Positions 1 through 15,493 of a stretch of DNA of 64,000 bases are shown one piece after another (the first letter of the stretch is position 1; each line of letters begins with the position of its first letter). The stretch lies in NCBI RefSeq assembly GCF_009914755.1, contig NC_060927.1. One strand, given 5' to 3'. The position numbers and the translations under genes were made by a program. Below the pieces are notes generated by a model that had not been told where the DNA came from, did not search any database, and was given only the letters and a program-made list of their open reading frames with translations. This stretch comes from the human T2T-CHM13v2.0 reference genome, Homo sapiens.

Positions 1-419
1 TTAGTTAAATTGGATTGTCAACATTTACTTAAGGCACTTAAGGGAATATTTAGGGATATGAGACACATCTTCTTTCCTCATGGGTGCACGTACTAAGTGA
101 TGAATTATACAGAGTTTTTTAGGAATAACAAGGACTGCCACTGATTCCTGGGACCTTCAGAATGTCTCCAGGCAACTGGACCTTGAAATACAACTTAGAG
201 GGAGAAAAGGGAATTTTTAATTTGCGATGCTATCTGTGTTATTCTCATGATAGAGATGGAAGTTTTTCTGTAGGACATTAACATGATTTTTCATCTACAG
301 GGTAAAATTGAAAGTCAAAAGAAACAGGGTTGCTTCTTTCTTTTGCTTATTGCAAAAAGAGGTGTTTGTTTTCATTTTTCAAAATTACATTTGAACTTGC
401 CTTAATTTTATTTTTAAAA

Positions 420-880
420 ACATTCATTTTTAATCAACAGATAAGTATATTTATGGGGTACAATGTGATATTTTATATATATACATTGTGGAATTAGTAC
501 ATCAAGTAAATTAACATATCCATCACCTCACATACTTACTTTTTTATAGTGAGAATATTTAAAATCTCTTCTTTTAGCAGTTTTGAAATATATGATACAT
601 GATTATTTACTATGGTTACCATGTTGTGCAATAGATGTCTAAAACATTTTCCTTCTGAGACCTTGATTAATATTTCCCCATTGCACCTACCCGTCTAGCA
701 GCCCTCTGGTAACCACTATTCTACTCTCTACTTCAACTTTTTTAAGTTCCACATATAAGTCAGTATAAGGCAAATATTGCATGAGGTTCCACATCAAAGA
801 CATCTGTGTGTGGCTTATTTCACTTAGCATAATGTCCTCTAGTTTCATCCATGTTGTTACAAATGACGGAATTTCCCCAA
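420..880 (-). mobile_element. Old L1 (L1MA/MB-like) 3' end fragment
   Basis: Antisense L1M 3'UTR motifs (tatttatggggtacaatgtgat; ggcttatttcacttagcataatgtcctctagtttcatccatgttg); boundaries approximate. Confidence 0.75.
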
Positions 881-1009
881 AGAAGTATTTGGTTGCTGAT
901 ATGTGCTCATAAAACAGAAGTTAAAGCCCATGTCTTGAGAGAAATAATATTTATCTGTTAGGAGAATAAAATGTAAATGCCAATTTGATTTTTATAATTT
1001 AAATTATCA

Positions 1010-1815
1010 TAAACAGACACTTCTCAAAAGAAGACATACATACAGCCAACAAACATATGAAGAAAAAGCTCAATATCACTGATCATTAGAGCAATGCAAA
1101 TCAAAACCACAATGAAATTGTGGTTCTCACACCAATCAGAATGGCTATTATTAAAAAGCCAAAAAACAACAGATACTGGCAAGGTTGCAGAGAAAAGGTA
1201 ACAATTATACACTGTTGGTGGAAGTGTAAATTAATTCGATCATTGTGGAAAGCAGTATGGTGATTCCTCAAAGAGCTAAAAGCAGAACTACCATTCGACC
1301 CAGCAATCCCATTACTGGGTATATACCCAGAGGAATATAAATCATTCTGCCATAAAGACACATGCAAGCAAATGTTCATTGCAGCGCTGTTCACGACAGC
1401 AAAGACGTGGAATCAACCTAAATGCCCATCAGTGACAGACTGGATAAAGAAAATGTGGTACATATGTACCATGGAATACTATGCAGCCATAAAATTGAGA
1501 TAATATCTTTTGTGGGAGCATGGATGGAGCTGGAGGCTATTATCTTTAGCAAACTAACACAGGAACAGAAAACCAAATATTGCATGTTCTCACTTATAAG
1601 CGGGAGCTAAATGATAAGAACTTATGAACACACAGAAGGAAACAGTAGACACTGGGGTCTACTTGAGTGGGGGAGTTGGGAGGAAGGAGAGGAGCAGACA
1701 AGGTAACTATTGGGTACTGGGCTTAAAACCTGGGTGATGAAATAATATGTGACACATTTTCCTATGTAACAAACCTTTACGTGCACTCCCAAACCTAAAA
1801 TAAAAGTAAAAAAAC
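1010..1815 (+). mobile_element. L1PA/L1PB 3' fragment (ORF2 C-terminus, 3'UTR, A tail)
   Basis: acagacacttctcaaaagaagacata...gacccagcaatcccattactgggtatatacccag...aataaaagtaaaaaa are typical primate L1 3' sequences; explains ORFs 1024-1819. Confidence 0.9.
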
Positions 1816-2180
1816 CCAAACTTTTTAGACATAGATAAAAAAGATTGCAATGATCAGTGCAAATAGCAACATTTCTTGGCCTAATAATTAGAGAAAAATG
1901 GGTTATTTTGTTTTTCAGGCATAGACAGGTGTAGTGTAGAGTCTATCACTGATGGTGTTATTTATAATGAATGTTATGTTTATGTAATAATTTAAATAAT
2001 AAACATGTTAGAATAAAGGCCCATTGATACAAAAGGGGGCAGAGTTCAGTGAAATAGGTATTCCCTTTACATTTATATTGTACCTTTTTGTTGTACTTAA
2101 AAAAAAATTGTTATTTGAAGCCACTTAATAAGGTATAATCAAAATATATGTGCTTGGTTTGAAGGTTTTTATGAACTTGA

Positions 2181-2747
<567 letters not shown>

Positions 2748-4285
2748 CCTGTCTTGGAAGGGACTGGAGGAATCATATTCAATGACCTTCTCAATTGACC
2801 TGAGTTACAGAAAGTGGCCCCAGTGAGAGATGACTGCCCTTAATAAGTATAAAATTTCAAAAAGATCTGGACTTAATATGATGACTTATAAGGAGCTTAG
2901 AAAATGCAGGTTACATTTATATCTACCTATAGGATTTTATCCAATGTTGACTTAGCCATGGTAGAACTCTTAACTGCATCTACACACTATATTGCTCTTG
3001 TAACCAAAGATGCTAATGAGTGTATTTGAATTAGCTTCTCCTAGGAGGGGTGACTACTTTGCTAAAGAGTATGAAAAATGTTTTGATGGAAGGGACAAGT
3101 TTGGTTGGTAGTAGAGTGTTTGTAGCTTATCTGGTAAAGGAAATTGAGTGCATCTGCATGCATAGCACAAGTAATCCATCTTCTGGCGGTTAACTAGAGA
3201 AAGCTTATAGTCAGAGGCTCTTGTGAATGCACTGAAGACTGCTGTGTCTCAGGAGTTTCTCTTGATGATCTACCTTTTCTGAATTACTTGAAAAGGCCAA
3301 TGTGCTTGGTTCGAGTTTTTTAGTGAATATTTACAATTTCCTGCTTTTATCTAGAAAAGAAGCAAAAGGGAAATATGAAAGCAGTATATATAAAATCTGT
3401 GCTTTGGAATTGATATTTGCATTTGGTGATTGTTTTTTATTTGATTCAGCTAAATTTTATGTGTTGAATACTTACTCTAGAATAACTACTTTTGGAACTG
3501 GAAGGGGGAAATCTGTAAATGGAAATTTATTTTTATGTTCTGAAATTTGAGGGTTTAGGAATTGACTTTTGTGTAAAGAATGCTACGGTATTATAAAGCT
3601 GTGGAAGTTTTTTCCACTAGTTTCAGGTGTTTTTTTTTTTTTTTTTGTTGTTGTTATTTTGAACTACTTACCAAAATTAGAAGTTAAAATCTAATTAGAA
3701 ATTAATAAGATACTAAAATTCATGACAGTTTTTTGTTTGTTTGTTTGTTTGTTTTTTGGTATTTCTTGATTTGGGCATAAAAGGCACACCCATTCTCTCA
3801 TGCTTGGAAGAAGCTGCTATTCCTACTGGCTATCTAAGAAGAATGGAATTATTAATTTTATTTGACTTATTAATTTTAAACGAGTTTAATTTGGGATCAT
3901 TTAGTAAGTACTCTTTTCTTTTTGAGCTGTGATAGATTATAGTCTAGTTTAAGTTGCTCCTAAGTAGACAGATGAAGAAACTAGGGAGGCTTTAGAGAGG
4001 AAGACAGATGCTTGAAGTATGAACAATATATACCCTTAGAAGAATGGGTCAAATAATTTGGGTTTTTAATTTAAAATAGGAGGGCCCCAGATCTTACTTT
4101 CCTGTCCTTGAGGAACACCTTCAAGTTTTTAAAGTATTTTAGGGGGAAAGAAGATTTTTAATTGTTTCTGAGCCTAATGAGGTAATAAAATATATTAAAA
4201 TAGTTTAATTTTAATGGTCCTTACGCTTTACAGTACCTAAGGATCACTTGTAGTATCTGACAAAAATGCAGAATTAAAGAGTCAT

Positions 4286-4565
<280 letters not shown>

Positions 4566-4591
4566 TTTTTGTTAAATAATAAAAGAATTAA

Positions 4592-4917
4592 GGCCAGGGA
4601 TGTTGGCTCACATCTGTAATCCCAGCAGGGATTATAGTCTCGGGAGGCTGAGGTGGGCGGATTGCTTGAGCCCGGAAGGTCAAGACCAGCCTGGGTGCCA
4701 TGGTGAAACCCCATCTCTACAAAAAAATACAAAAACTAGCTGGGTGTGGTGGCACCACCTGTAGTCCCCGCTACTTAGGAGGCTGAGGTGGGAGGATTGC
4801 TTGAGCCCAGGAGGCAGAAGGTTGCAGAGGTTGCAGTGAGCCTTGATTGTGCCACTGTACTCCAGTCTGGGCAACAGGGCAAGACCCTGTCTCTAAAAAA
4901 AAAAAAAAAAAAAAAAG
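4592..4917 (+). mobile_element. Alu (AluJ-like) with long A tail
   Basis: Alu consensus ending in a poly-A run at about 4895-4916. Confidence 0.9.
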
Positions 4918-5242
4918 AGGGACCATGATGCCTCTGGGATTTATGAAACCAACCTTTGTGGCGAGTGCTCAGTGATTCTGATGCAATGGTGGTATTCCAC
5001 ACTGTGAGAAACACTAAGAGAAGAGGTAAGATAGAATGAGGGAATAAACATGGCTTGTTTATTATTTTGGGGGATTTACCAATAACTGGTTTAATTCTGT
5101 TCATGATCCAATAGTATTGGTGATATTAGCTCCATTTTATAGATGAGGAACTCATGTTTAGATCTGAAATAAGGTATGTGAGAGTCCATATCTCTTTTCA
5201 GCTAAACTTGTGAGACTTTCGTAAAGAAGCGTTTGTATTTAT

Positions 5243-5535
5243 TTATTTGTTTTTGAGACAGGGTCTTGCTCTTTTGCCCAGGCTGGAGTGCAGTGGCATG
5301 ATATGGCTCACTGCAGCCTTGACTTCCTGGGCTCAAGGGATCCTTCTGCCTCAGCCTCCTGAGTAGCTGGGACTACAGGTATGTACCACCATGCCCAGCT
5401 AATTTTTGTATCTTTTTGTAGAGACTACATTTTGCCATGTTGTCCAGGCTGGTCTTAAACTCCTGAGCTCAAGCATCTGCCCACCTCAGCTTCCCAAAGT
5501 GCTGGGATTACAGGTGTGAGCCACTGTGCCCAGCT
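5243..5535 (-). mobile_element. Alu (AluJ-like)
   Basis: ttttgagacagggtcttgctc...gctgggattacaggtgtgagccactgtgcccagc. Confidence 0.9.
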
Positions 5536-5791
5536 GAGAGTTTTTCTTGTCGTGAAAGAACTTGACATTTCCTCAAGGATTTATAAAGGAGGCTGAGGAG
5601 TAATTTTCCCAGGAGAATTTTAAAAAGAAAGCGGGCATTGCTCCTCCAGTGGTTTGGAATGATGCCACTTGATTGTGCAAATGATTTCTTATGATCTTGT
5701 CTGGTTTTCTGTTATTTTTTGATTTGGTGACATAGCTCTCAAAGATTTGGTGACACAGCTTCTTGAGTCACTTTCATCTCTCTTAAAAAAA

Positions 5792-6040
5792 TTTTTTTTT
5801 TAACAACTTTTAAGTTCAGGGGTACATGTGCCAGTTTGTTTCATAGGTAAACTTACGTCATGGGGGTTTGTTGTATAGATGATTTCATCACCCAGGTGTT
5901 AAGCCTAGTACCCATTAGTAATTTTTCCTGATCCTCTCCCTCCTCCTACCCTCCACCCTCCAATAGACCCCAGTGTGTGTTGTTGCCCTTTATGTGTCCA
6001 TGTGTTCTCATCATTTAGCTCTCACTTATCAGTGAGAACA
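5792..6040 (-). mobile_element. L1PA 3' end fragment
   Basis: aacttttaagttcaggggtacatgtg...ctcacttatcagtgagaaca. Confidence 0.85.
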
Positions 6041-7310
6041 ACTTTCATCCCACATCTAATTTGTCTTTCTTCACTCTGGTGTGGAAATTTTGATAGAGAT
6101 TCCAATATCACTTAAACGTTTCCCAGAATATTTAGATAGAATAATTTAGTTTCTTCTGAAAAGTTTATTTTAGGCTAGTGCCACATGGTTGTGAATATTA
6201 GCATGGTAGCCAAATAATAGTTTGTTTAAATGTATATTTCCCAATATAAATATAAGGGGCATCATAATTTTTAAAAACTATAAAATCTAGAAGAAAAATC
6301 TATGGATAAAATCCATAATTCTATCATCTGAATGCAATGAACATTAGCATTTAGGTATATTTTCTTGCAGGTTTTTTAACCATATACTTATAGAGAATAT
6401 GTAATTTGGGTCTGTGTTTTTTACATATAAATATTTTTCTATGTTAAATAGTCTTCATAAGTTAATTATAAAGATCTGCTTAATAGTTCTGCTACTGCAG
6501 TTTTCATTATTAGATAAGTTGGTCATTATAGTTGGACATTTAGGTTTACAATATTAAAGCAGTGGTTTATATCAATTTCAGTGGTTTAAAATATGAATTT
6601 CTATTTTGGAATGAAAGTATTAATTTAATGTAGTGAATCTCATATTCCAGAACTGAGATGATTGATTTGATGCTATTTGTGACAGACAGAACCCATAATA
6701 AAGCCTTTCTATGCAAGTTACATTTTATAGAATTATCCTACTAAAAGTAACCTTTCTTCAGCGAATGCAAAACAGACCTTTGGTGTTCCAGTATGATTCA
6801 TTTTGCCATTCTGAACAACTATCATTTTAATTAAGACCATTTAACTGACACTTCCTGGATTCAGTTATTAAGTTTCAGATTGAAACTTGATCCAGTTTAA
6901 TAACTGAATCCAGTTTCACATTTATCAATCTGAAAACTTAGTTTGCAGATTGGTAAATCAGGGTACTTGACAAGAATAAATATGGTACGCCTTTATATAT
7001 TCATGTGTTACATGCCAGAAATGAGTCTGTTTCTGGACCCTGTTCAAGGAAATAGTGATGACTGAGAGAGGTACAGGGAAATAAACACCCAAGGGAAACA
7101 ACAGAAATAAGCCTCCCCAACTTTCTAAAAAACTGCTCAGCATTATCTCTGTGGATTCTGGGTAAATTCAGCTTTTTAACATCAGCTAGTCACTAATGCC
7201 AGAAATTCCACTTCAAGTGTATTTATTTTCTTGTGTTAAGCATTATTCTACCTGGTTTATGTCTACAGTGTAGTATTAGTGTACTTAGGATTCTTGACAC
7301 CTCAGTGTGC

Positions 7311-7320
7311 AATAAATAAA
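7311..7320 (+). terminator. Tandem polyadenylation signals (candidate main NXPE3 3' end)
   Basis: AATAAATAAA followed by ttttgaagttgttgtttttc GU/U-rich downstream element. Confidence 0.6.
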
Positions 7321-7519
7321 ATTTTGAAGTTGTTGTTTTTCATTTGAAGGTGAGACCACAGCCCCTGAGTGCTAAGGGGACCTGGGAATCCTAGGGGAAT
7401 GGAGGTGGTGGACGATAAGAGGATGGTTGAGGGCAGGAGTTTAAAGGACACAGAAGCTAGGAGAGCAGAAAATGTACTCCACCACCTTCTGTCTAACTTG
7501 TCTCTTAAAAGTGCTTTTA

Positions 7520-7876
<357 letters not shown>

Positions 7877-8349
7877 TTATATGTGTGTACATATATTTTC
7901 TTTTTTAATATTCTGGTTAAATGAGAGGCCATCGGGCCTCTTTTTAAGAGTCTAATGATGTGTATATCTAATGCCCATTCCAGCTGGATTGTAACACTGC
8001 TTGGGGAAGATAACTTAAAAAAAAGTAGTACCGAGATTACAGCAGCTAGTGTCCTAAATGGAAAAGAAGTGAAACTAAATGTCATAGGAGAAATCCTTTC
8101 AGTTTTGTGCAGTGGTTCATTTGCTGTTAAATCTACCCCATTACCATTCCCCTTACTCCTTGAAAATAAAGTGATCTTCATGTTACAGGACCATTGCTTT
8201 ATTTATGTCACAGATTTCTTGTCCTTTAATTAGTCAGTGAAGGCACATGATTGCGATACTACTTTTTGATTGCCGTATTGTAAAAGCTATATGGTAAAAG
8301 GTAACTCCCTCCACCCGCCCACTGCACCCTCACGTTTAGGGGCCACACA

Positions 8350-8780
8350 GAAAAAGCGAAATAAGATGAGGTGAATCTAATGAGAAGGCAACTCTAATGC
8401 CCATCAGGAGATTCACTAGGACATTTTAAAAGGACGTCTTTAAGGAAAAAGTTTTGTTTGTAGATGTTGCCTCTGATTCCTCCCTGCGGCTCCAGTCCAG
8501 GTCTTGGAGCCGGCCCTCGAGGGGAATGTCCGGGACTCGGGTCGGTACCTTTTTGGTCTGGGAATTTCCAGTGTGCAGAAAAAAAATCCACAAATCTAGG
8601 CCTCGCTGCCCCCTCCCTGCCTCCTCTGGCCCTCCTCAGTGCCCACGCAACCCGGTTCGAAAGAGAGGATGACCGTATTCTGCATTTTAGAAAACAGGCT
8701 CTTAGCTTCCCCCGCCCCCGTCCTCACTAGAGTGGAGAACTGAAAGCGAACGCTATAAAGGGCGCCAGTGAGAGGGGCTG
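8350..8780 (+). promoter_or_regulatory. NFKBIZ: NFKBIZ distal promoter
   Basis: Local CpG enrichment; kB site GGGAATTTCC 8560-8569 and kB-like GGGAATGTCC 8522-8531; GC box about 8709-8719; TATAAA 8754-8759; IRF-like AAAAGCGAAA 8352-8361; consistent with the known upstream NFKBIZ first exon. Confidence 0.8.
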
Positions 8781-8782
8781 GC

Positions 8783-8977
8783 CTCCTCTTGCCACGAGGT
8801 CAGACGGCGAGTTCTTAGAGAAAAAGGCTGCTTAGCTGCTGCTTATCATGTAACCTCAAAAGGAAACTGATCGTCTTTCTCATGCTGTCACGTACTTGGG
8901 TTATTATCGCTGATTACAGCTGGAAACAATTGATTTGCTCTTACGTATTTGTGTGACTTGACTCTTCAAACACAAAG
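8783..8977 (+). other. NFKBIZ: NFKBIZ distal non-coding exon 1 (start approximate)
   Basis: Begins about 25-30 nt after the TATA box; donor CAAAG|gtatat at 8977/8978. Confidence 0.7.
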
Positions 8978-10405
8978 GTATATTTTTATTATCTGATATT
9001 TTATTAAAATATCTTAAATGGTAAGATTTTTTTTTTCTTTTTCTTTCCTATTCCCATAGTCAGATTCTTAACTTTGGAGTCACTCTCTTATGTTTGAGTA
9101 GCCATACTTGCTTTGGGGCAAAATATTGGGGGATAGTTTTTTGGAGAAAGAAAATCTGGGATGTTTTTGTAGTTTAGTAATAGCAAGAATCATGTCTGTT
9201 TGCTTTAAAGGCCCAGGAAGGACTGAGATACTAATGGAGGAGATCGATAGAATGGGTGATGAAGTATCATAAATCTAATGTAACACTATCTTCTGTCAGT
9301 GACCTAGAACTATGATATCCCGAGGCAGAAGTCTCCCAGGAGATTTGATGTGTGGGTTTAGAGGAGTACTTTCCCACCAACCGTAGGCATGAAACTATAT
9401 GGGAAAATATATCAGAGTAAATTGAAATACTTTATAGCATGCCCTCATTCATTCTTACAGCTGTAAAATTAAAATGTATGAATGGCCATTTTATGAATGA
9501 GGAAAACCTGAAATTTGATGATTTGGCTGGACCCCCAGATTCATGATAATCTGTATATGTTAAGGGGTTTTGTTTGAATAAAAGCACATTTCTAAATAGA
9601 ATGGATTAGAGATTCTCTTCATTGGGATTAGTGAATTCGCTGCAGTGGCTGAAGGTGCTGTCCCAAAGAGGATGACAGTTACGTAAATTTTAAGCATTTG
9701 GTAATATATATTTCCTCTATTTAAATCTGACATCTAAAGAAATATCTGGCTGGGTGGAATATTTTTTTGCTTCTGTTAGACAGTAGGTTGTTTAGACAAT
9801 AAAAGGAGAGAAAAGTTTATCCTAGTCTCATTCACCACCCCGCATAATCCCTGATGGAGCAGGGCATCAGCCACACAGATCATCTAAACAGGCAGATAAC
9901 CCTGCCTGTTTATTTATTTGGCCTCAGAATACGGTGTATGGTCCACCACCCCTCTCCACCGTCTTTCTAACATCATCCTGCTGAGGCCAAAGACACAGTT
10001 GGGCAGGGTACAGGCGTGGAGCACTGCGGTGGCAGAGTCAGTCTGAGAGGAGTTAGCACATGACATCAGTGCACAGTGCAGATGACGGAAACATTTGGCA
10101 GCATCCTCTCCAGTGTGGAGGTGATGACCGAGGTCAGCATAATCCAGCTGTTCAGATACAGACTTTTCCTCACTGAGGAAGAGGAGGCAAACCCTTCTCT
10201 TTCTTGTCCTGTAACAGACAAGACAAGAAAGCTCTCAGAGAGCAAAACAAACCCTTTCAGAAGCTACAGAGCCATGGAAAGCATTACTGAGGGGAAAGAT
10301 TTTCTAATTGTTCTGAGACCAATAATGAATTGCTCCTGAAAACACCATTTTCTTTTGGCTCATAGCTGACACTGATCTGGAGGCCTCTTGATTTTTTTCT
10401 CCCAG

Positions 10406-10481
10406 GTTAACAGGAAGATCTCGAGGGCCCTGGCTGAACTTCACCTTTTGGCTTTCTTGGCCTGATGCTGAACTCTCGAGG
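10406..10481 (+). other. NFKBIZ: NFKBIZ distal non-coding exon 2
   Basis: Strong acceptor atttttttctcccag|G at 10405/10406; donor GAGG|gtgaga at 10481/10482; 76 nt. Confidence 0.7.
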
Positions 10482-10672
10482 GTGAGAAGGGCTGATATTT
10501 CTAAACAAGTAGCATCCAGGTGTTACCTAGCTTCTGGCTGATGTCAAAAAGGGCAGTGGGATTTTTCTAAGATTTTTCTCTTAAATTAGACATTTTTTTG
10601 AAGTTGCTACAAAATTACTATGAATTTTATTTATAGGCATTTTACTGTGATTTCATGAGAACTAAGATTTTT

Positions 10673-10694
10673 TGTGTGTGTGTGTGTGTGTGTG
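10673..10694. repeat. (TG)n microsatellite
   Basis: About 11 TG units. Confidence 0.9.
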
Positions 10695-11102
10695 GTTTAG
10701 TAGTATTTTTTTAAACCAATTTGTTGAATTTCTGCTATTTTCCATAGCAAGAGGACATATGAATACATCTAAGAGGGGAATTCAGCTCTCTGCTTACTGA
10801 CAGTTTCAGGGTTATGTAATCTTTAACAGGCTTGGAGAGCATCATGCCCCCTCTCAGTTTTGGTGAAGAGGCTCCTTAAAACTAGCATATGTGGTTTCTG
10901 ATTAAAGCACTTTCTGTTCCTTTAATTTGGGATTGTCTGTGAAGTAAAATACCTTCCTTTCAACCGTAGGGAATGAAAATATTTACTGCCGCTGATGGAG
11001 TTAGTGGATTGGGAATTAACACTTATTAAACACTTGTTTTGGGAGCTTACCAGCAAGATCTCATTTAGCCCTACAGCATTTTTTAGGTAGCTGTAATTAG
11101 CT

Positions 11103-11610
11103 TTATTTTATTTATTTATTTTTGTAACTTCAACTTTTATTTTAGATTCAGGGGGTGCATGTATAGGTTTGTTACCTGGGTGTATTGCGTGATGTTGAGG
11201 TTTGGGGTACAACTGATCCCATCACCCAGGTACTGATCATAGTTATTTTTCAGCCCTTGCTTTCCTCCCTCTCTCCCCCATCTAGCAGTCCTCAGTGTCT
11301 TTGTTGCCATCTTTATGTCCTTGAGTATCCAATGTTTAGCTCCCACTTAAAAATGAGAACATGTGGTATTTGGTTTTCTGTTCCTGTGTTAATTCACTTG
11401 GGATAATGGCCTCCAGCTGCATCCATGTTGCTGCAAAGGACATGATTCTATTCTTTTTTATGGCTGTGTAGATTTCCACAGTGTATACGTACCACATTTC
11501 CTTTATCTAGTCCACTGTTGATGGGCATCTAGGTTGATTCCATGTCTTTGCTATTGTAAGTAAGTGCTGCAGTGAACATACAGGTGCATGTGTCTTTTTG
11601 ATAGAATGGG
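11103..11610 (-). mobile_element. L1PA/PB 3' fragment
   Basis: aacttttattttagattcagggg...ccagctgcatccatgttgctgcaaaggacatg. Confidence 0.88.
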
Positions 11611-12440
11611 AAATATAACCACGACAAATGGTGAATTCTGTCATGGTTATATTAAACAATAATCACAATGCTACATTCTCTATACATGATACCAAATATC
11701 TGAATTAAACTTATCAAAATACTGTTAATTACCTAGATGTTATATCTATAAAATGCCAACCTCCAGATATTTGGAGACATTAAAAATGATTTTTTCACTG
11801 TTTGTTCAGATATTTAGCAACATGCAGGCACTTTTAATATTGGTAGAAGACTTTTGGATATGTTTTAGCATTGAGTAGTTTATGTGCATCCCCATTCCTC
11901 TGATTGTTTCAGTCAAGTTTGCTAGACAGCCTAGTACTGTGAATCTGTAGAGGGTCTAATACTGTAAATCATGCGTTCTTAGAGAGGGTGATATTATCTC
12001 CAAGAGGGCAAAAATAGGTTCTTCAGGGAAAAATCTTAGCTATTACAATAGTTTGTGGCCCCCAAAGGGCCATAGTACATAATAGATATACAGTATATCT
12101 GTGATATTAAACTTTCATCAGGGGATGATTAGGAAAAAGATGTCTAAAAAGACCCTGTAGTGGGGTCTAATACTGAAAGAAAGGTTGAGACATGTCATTG
12201 TAAATGCTCTGGATGTACTTATTCAACTGAGGTCAAAAGATTTTTCTGTGGTTTGTTGTCTTTTTGTGTCTTGCTTTGTGTCTACATCCTCATTTTTCAT
12301 GGATTTTAAAAGTACTGGTTTCCAGAGGGGGAACAACGTTTTTAGTTTCTTTTCTTTTCTCTTTTCTCCTCCTCCTCCTTTTTCTCCTTCTCCTTCTTCT
12401 CCTCCTTCTCCTCTTTTTCTTTTTCCTCTCTCTCTCCTTT

Positions 12441-13028
12441 CTTTTTTTTTGATACAGAATCTCCCTCTGTCGCCCATGGTTGGAGTGCAGTAGCCCCTTC
12501 TTGGCTCACTGCAAACTCCGCCTTCCAAGTTTAAGTGATTCTCATGCCTCAACCTCCTGAGTAGCTGGGACTACAGGCACATGCCACCACGCCCAACTAA
12601 TTTTTGTATTTTTAGTAGAGTGGAGTTTCACCATGTTTGCCAGGCTAGTCTTGAACTCCTGACCTCAAGTGATCCATCTGCCTCAGCCTCCCAAAGTTTT
12701 GCTTTTTTTTTGAGACAGAGTTTTGCTCTCCCACCCAAGCTGGAGTGCAGTGGCATGGTGGCATGATCATAGCTCACTGTGTCCTCTACCTTCTGGGCTC
12801 AAGTGATCCTCCTGCCTTAGCCTCATCAGTAGCTGGGACTACTACAGGTGCATGCCAGCATGCCAAGCTTCTTTGTTCTTTTTTGTTTCTTTCTTTCTTT
12901 TTTATTTTTTATTGTAGAGATGGGGCTTGCTATGTTACCCAGACTGGTCTCAAACTCCTGGCCTCAAGGGATCTTCCCACCTTGGACCCCAAAGTGCTGG
13001 GATACAGGTGTGAGCCACCATGCCTGGC
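12441..13028 (-). mobile_element. Two adjacent antisense Alus preceded by a CT-rich low-complexity tail (about 12345-12450)
   Basis: Alu consensus at about 12441-12697 and 12703-13028. Confidence 0.88.
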
Positions 13029-13084
13029 TTCATATTTATTTCAGGAAAGCTTTATTGATTATATCCTTAAATACTTTAAATATA

Positions 13085-13690
13085 TATTTTTAAATTGTGA
13101 TAAAAGATACATAAAAGTTGCCATCTTATCCATTTTTAAGTGTACAGTTCAGTGCCACTAAGTACTTTTCATATTACAACTTTTGCCACCACCCATTTCT
13201 AGAACTTTTTCATCTTCCCTTTGACTGAAACTGCATATCCATTAAACAATAATTCTACATTTCTCCCTCCCCCAAGTCCCTGGCAACCACCCCTCTACTT
13301 TTTGTCTCTATGAATTTGATGACTCTACATACCTTATGTAAGTGGAATCATATAATACCTATCTTCTTATGACTGGTTTATTTCATGTAGCGTAATATTT
13401 TCAAGGTTCATTCATGTTGTATAAATGTCAGAATTTCCTTCCTTTTTAAGGCCGAATAATATTCCAGCGTGTGTGTAGGTGTGCATACCACACTTTGTTT
13501 ATCCATTCATCTGTCCATGGACACTTGGATTGTTTCTTTTGGCTATCATGAATAATGCTGCTGTGAACATGGGTGTACAAGTATCTGTTTAAATCCTTGC
13601 TTTCTTTACTTTTGGGGATATATCAAGTCATTCTATGTTTAATTGTTTTAGGAACTGCCATACTATTCTACACAGTGGATGCACCATGAT
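13085..13690 (-). mobile_element. L1MB-like 3' fragment
   Basis: catttttaagtgtacagttcagtg...ccctggcaaccacc...ctatgaatttgatgactcta. Confidence 0.8.
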
Positions 13691-14952
13691 GAATTTGTTT
13701 TTAATTCATTTTGTGCAGTATTTGGCACAGTGCAGTGAATAAGTGCGTACACCATGAATATGTGATAGAAAATGACACGAAGTTCTGAGTAAATCTGCGC
13801 AGTGATTCGGCACCACTATTAAAACACCGTCTCCTATTTATTCACCCTTGCATGTCCACATACTACAGTGCACACACTTATGAAGATGTGCATGGTTGAG
13901 AATAACTCCTATGAGAATCATTGAGGTAATGCACTTAGATTCCATGTGGGTCAGATCTTTTTGGAAATTTGGACCGCTGGCAATGCAGTTCCACATCTTA
14001 AACCTAGGGAGGCTTGCTGGAGGTTTAAAAGGGCCAGAGCTACAAAGGTGATCCATAGATGTGGGGATTAGGTCTTGTGAATGAAGATGAACTGAGGACA
14101 CTTTGAAGATAGGAATTGTGTGAGTTCTGATTTTTACCCTTCTCCTCCCCTTCCACACCCATTCCCTCACCTCTGTAGCATAGCACAGGGTGACTTCATA
14201 AATTTTGGTTGAACAAATAACCCAGGGTGGAAAAAAAATGAAATGATGATTTATTTTTTAATCATAACAGCTGTGAAAAGTTGTTCTGAAGGCCATAAGA
14301 ACTTTCTATGTTGTATCTTTGCTATGGGAAAAGGAGGTGCGTTTAATTTGAGGTGGAAGATAAGAGTTTGGAAACTGAAAGTGATCACTGGGCAAGGCTG
14401 CCAAATTTACCCTTGGCATTTCTAGTGTCTTGAGAGATGAGCTGTCTGAAAGATGGCAGAGGCTGATATATCATGGACCTTCCCAACCCTGCTCTTCTGT
14501 GGTAAGGTTTCGTATCTTGTAAACAGCCAATGAAAACAGTTCTGTGTGTTTACCTCTAGTATTGAACAGTATCCAGCATTTAGATAAGAAAGGGATTGTT
14601 AAACCCAACAGTAATGTCAAAATCTAGGGCAGAGTGACAGATTGCAGCCAAATTGAAGCAGGCAGGAGGTGGACTGGGTGGTGATAATAATGTTAAAGGA
14701 CATGCTTTCTCCACCCCATACCTCACTTAGGTTTGTTGGCTCTCCAAACTTCATGGTTGTTCATTTTTGGGAGCCTCTCTTAAAATGCAAATAACCTTTA
14801 AGAAGGGTTACTGTTGATGCCTTGGTGGGAATTAATTTTTAGATTCTTTCTTGAAATTTTACTGGATAAGTAGGGCACAGAGACTGCCCCAATCAGAGTG
14901 CAGATAAGGGGTGAGGTAGAGTGGCAGGAGCAGTGCAGGGAACAGAATGTGA

Positions 14953-15493
<541 letters not shown>

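Noticed and set aside
1024-1819. ORFs with L1 ORF2-like peptides
   Set aside because: Fragmented, stop-ridden L1 3' end; not an active element
12185-12552. Poly-Leu/Phe or Glu/Lys/Gly-rich ORFs (also near 14962-15186 and 48743-49007)
   Set aside because: Translations of CT-rich expanded Alu tails
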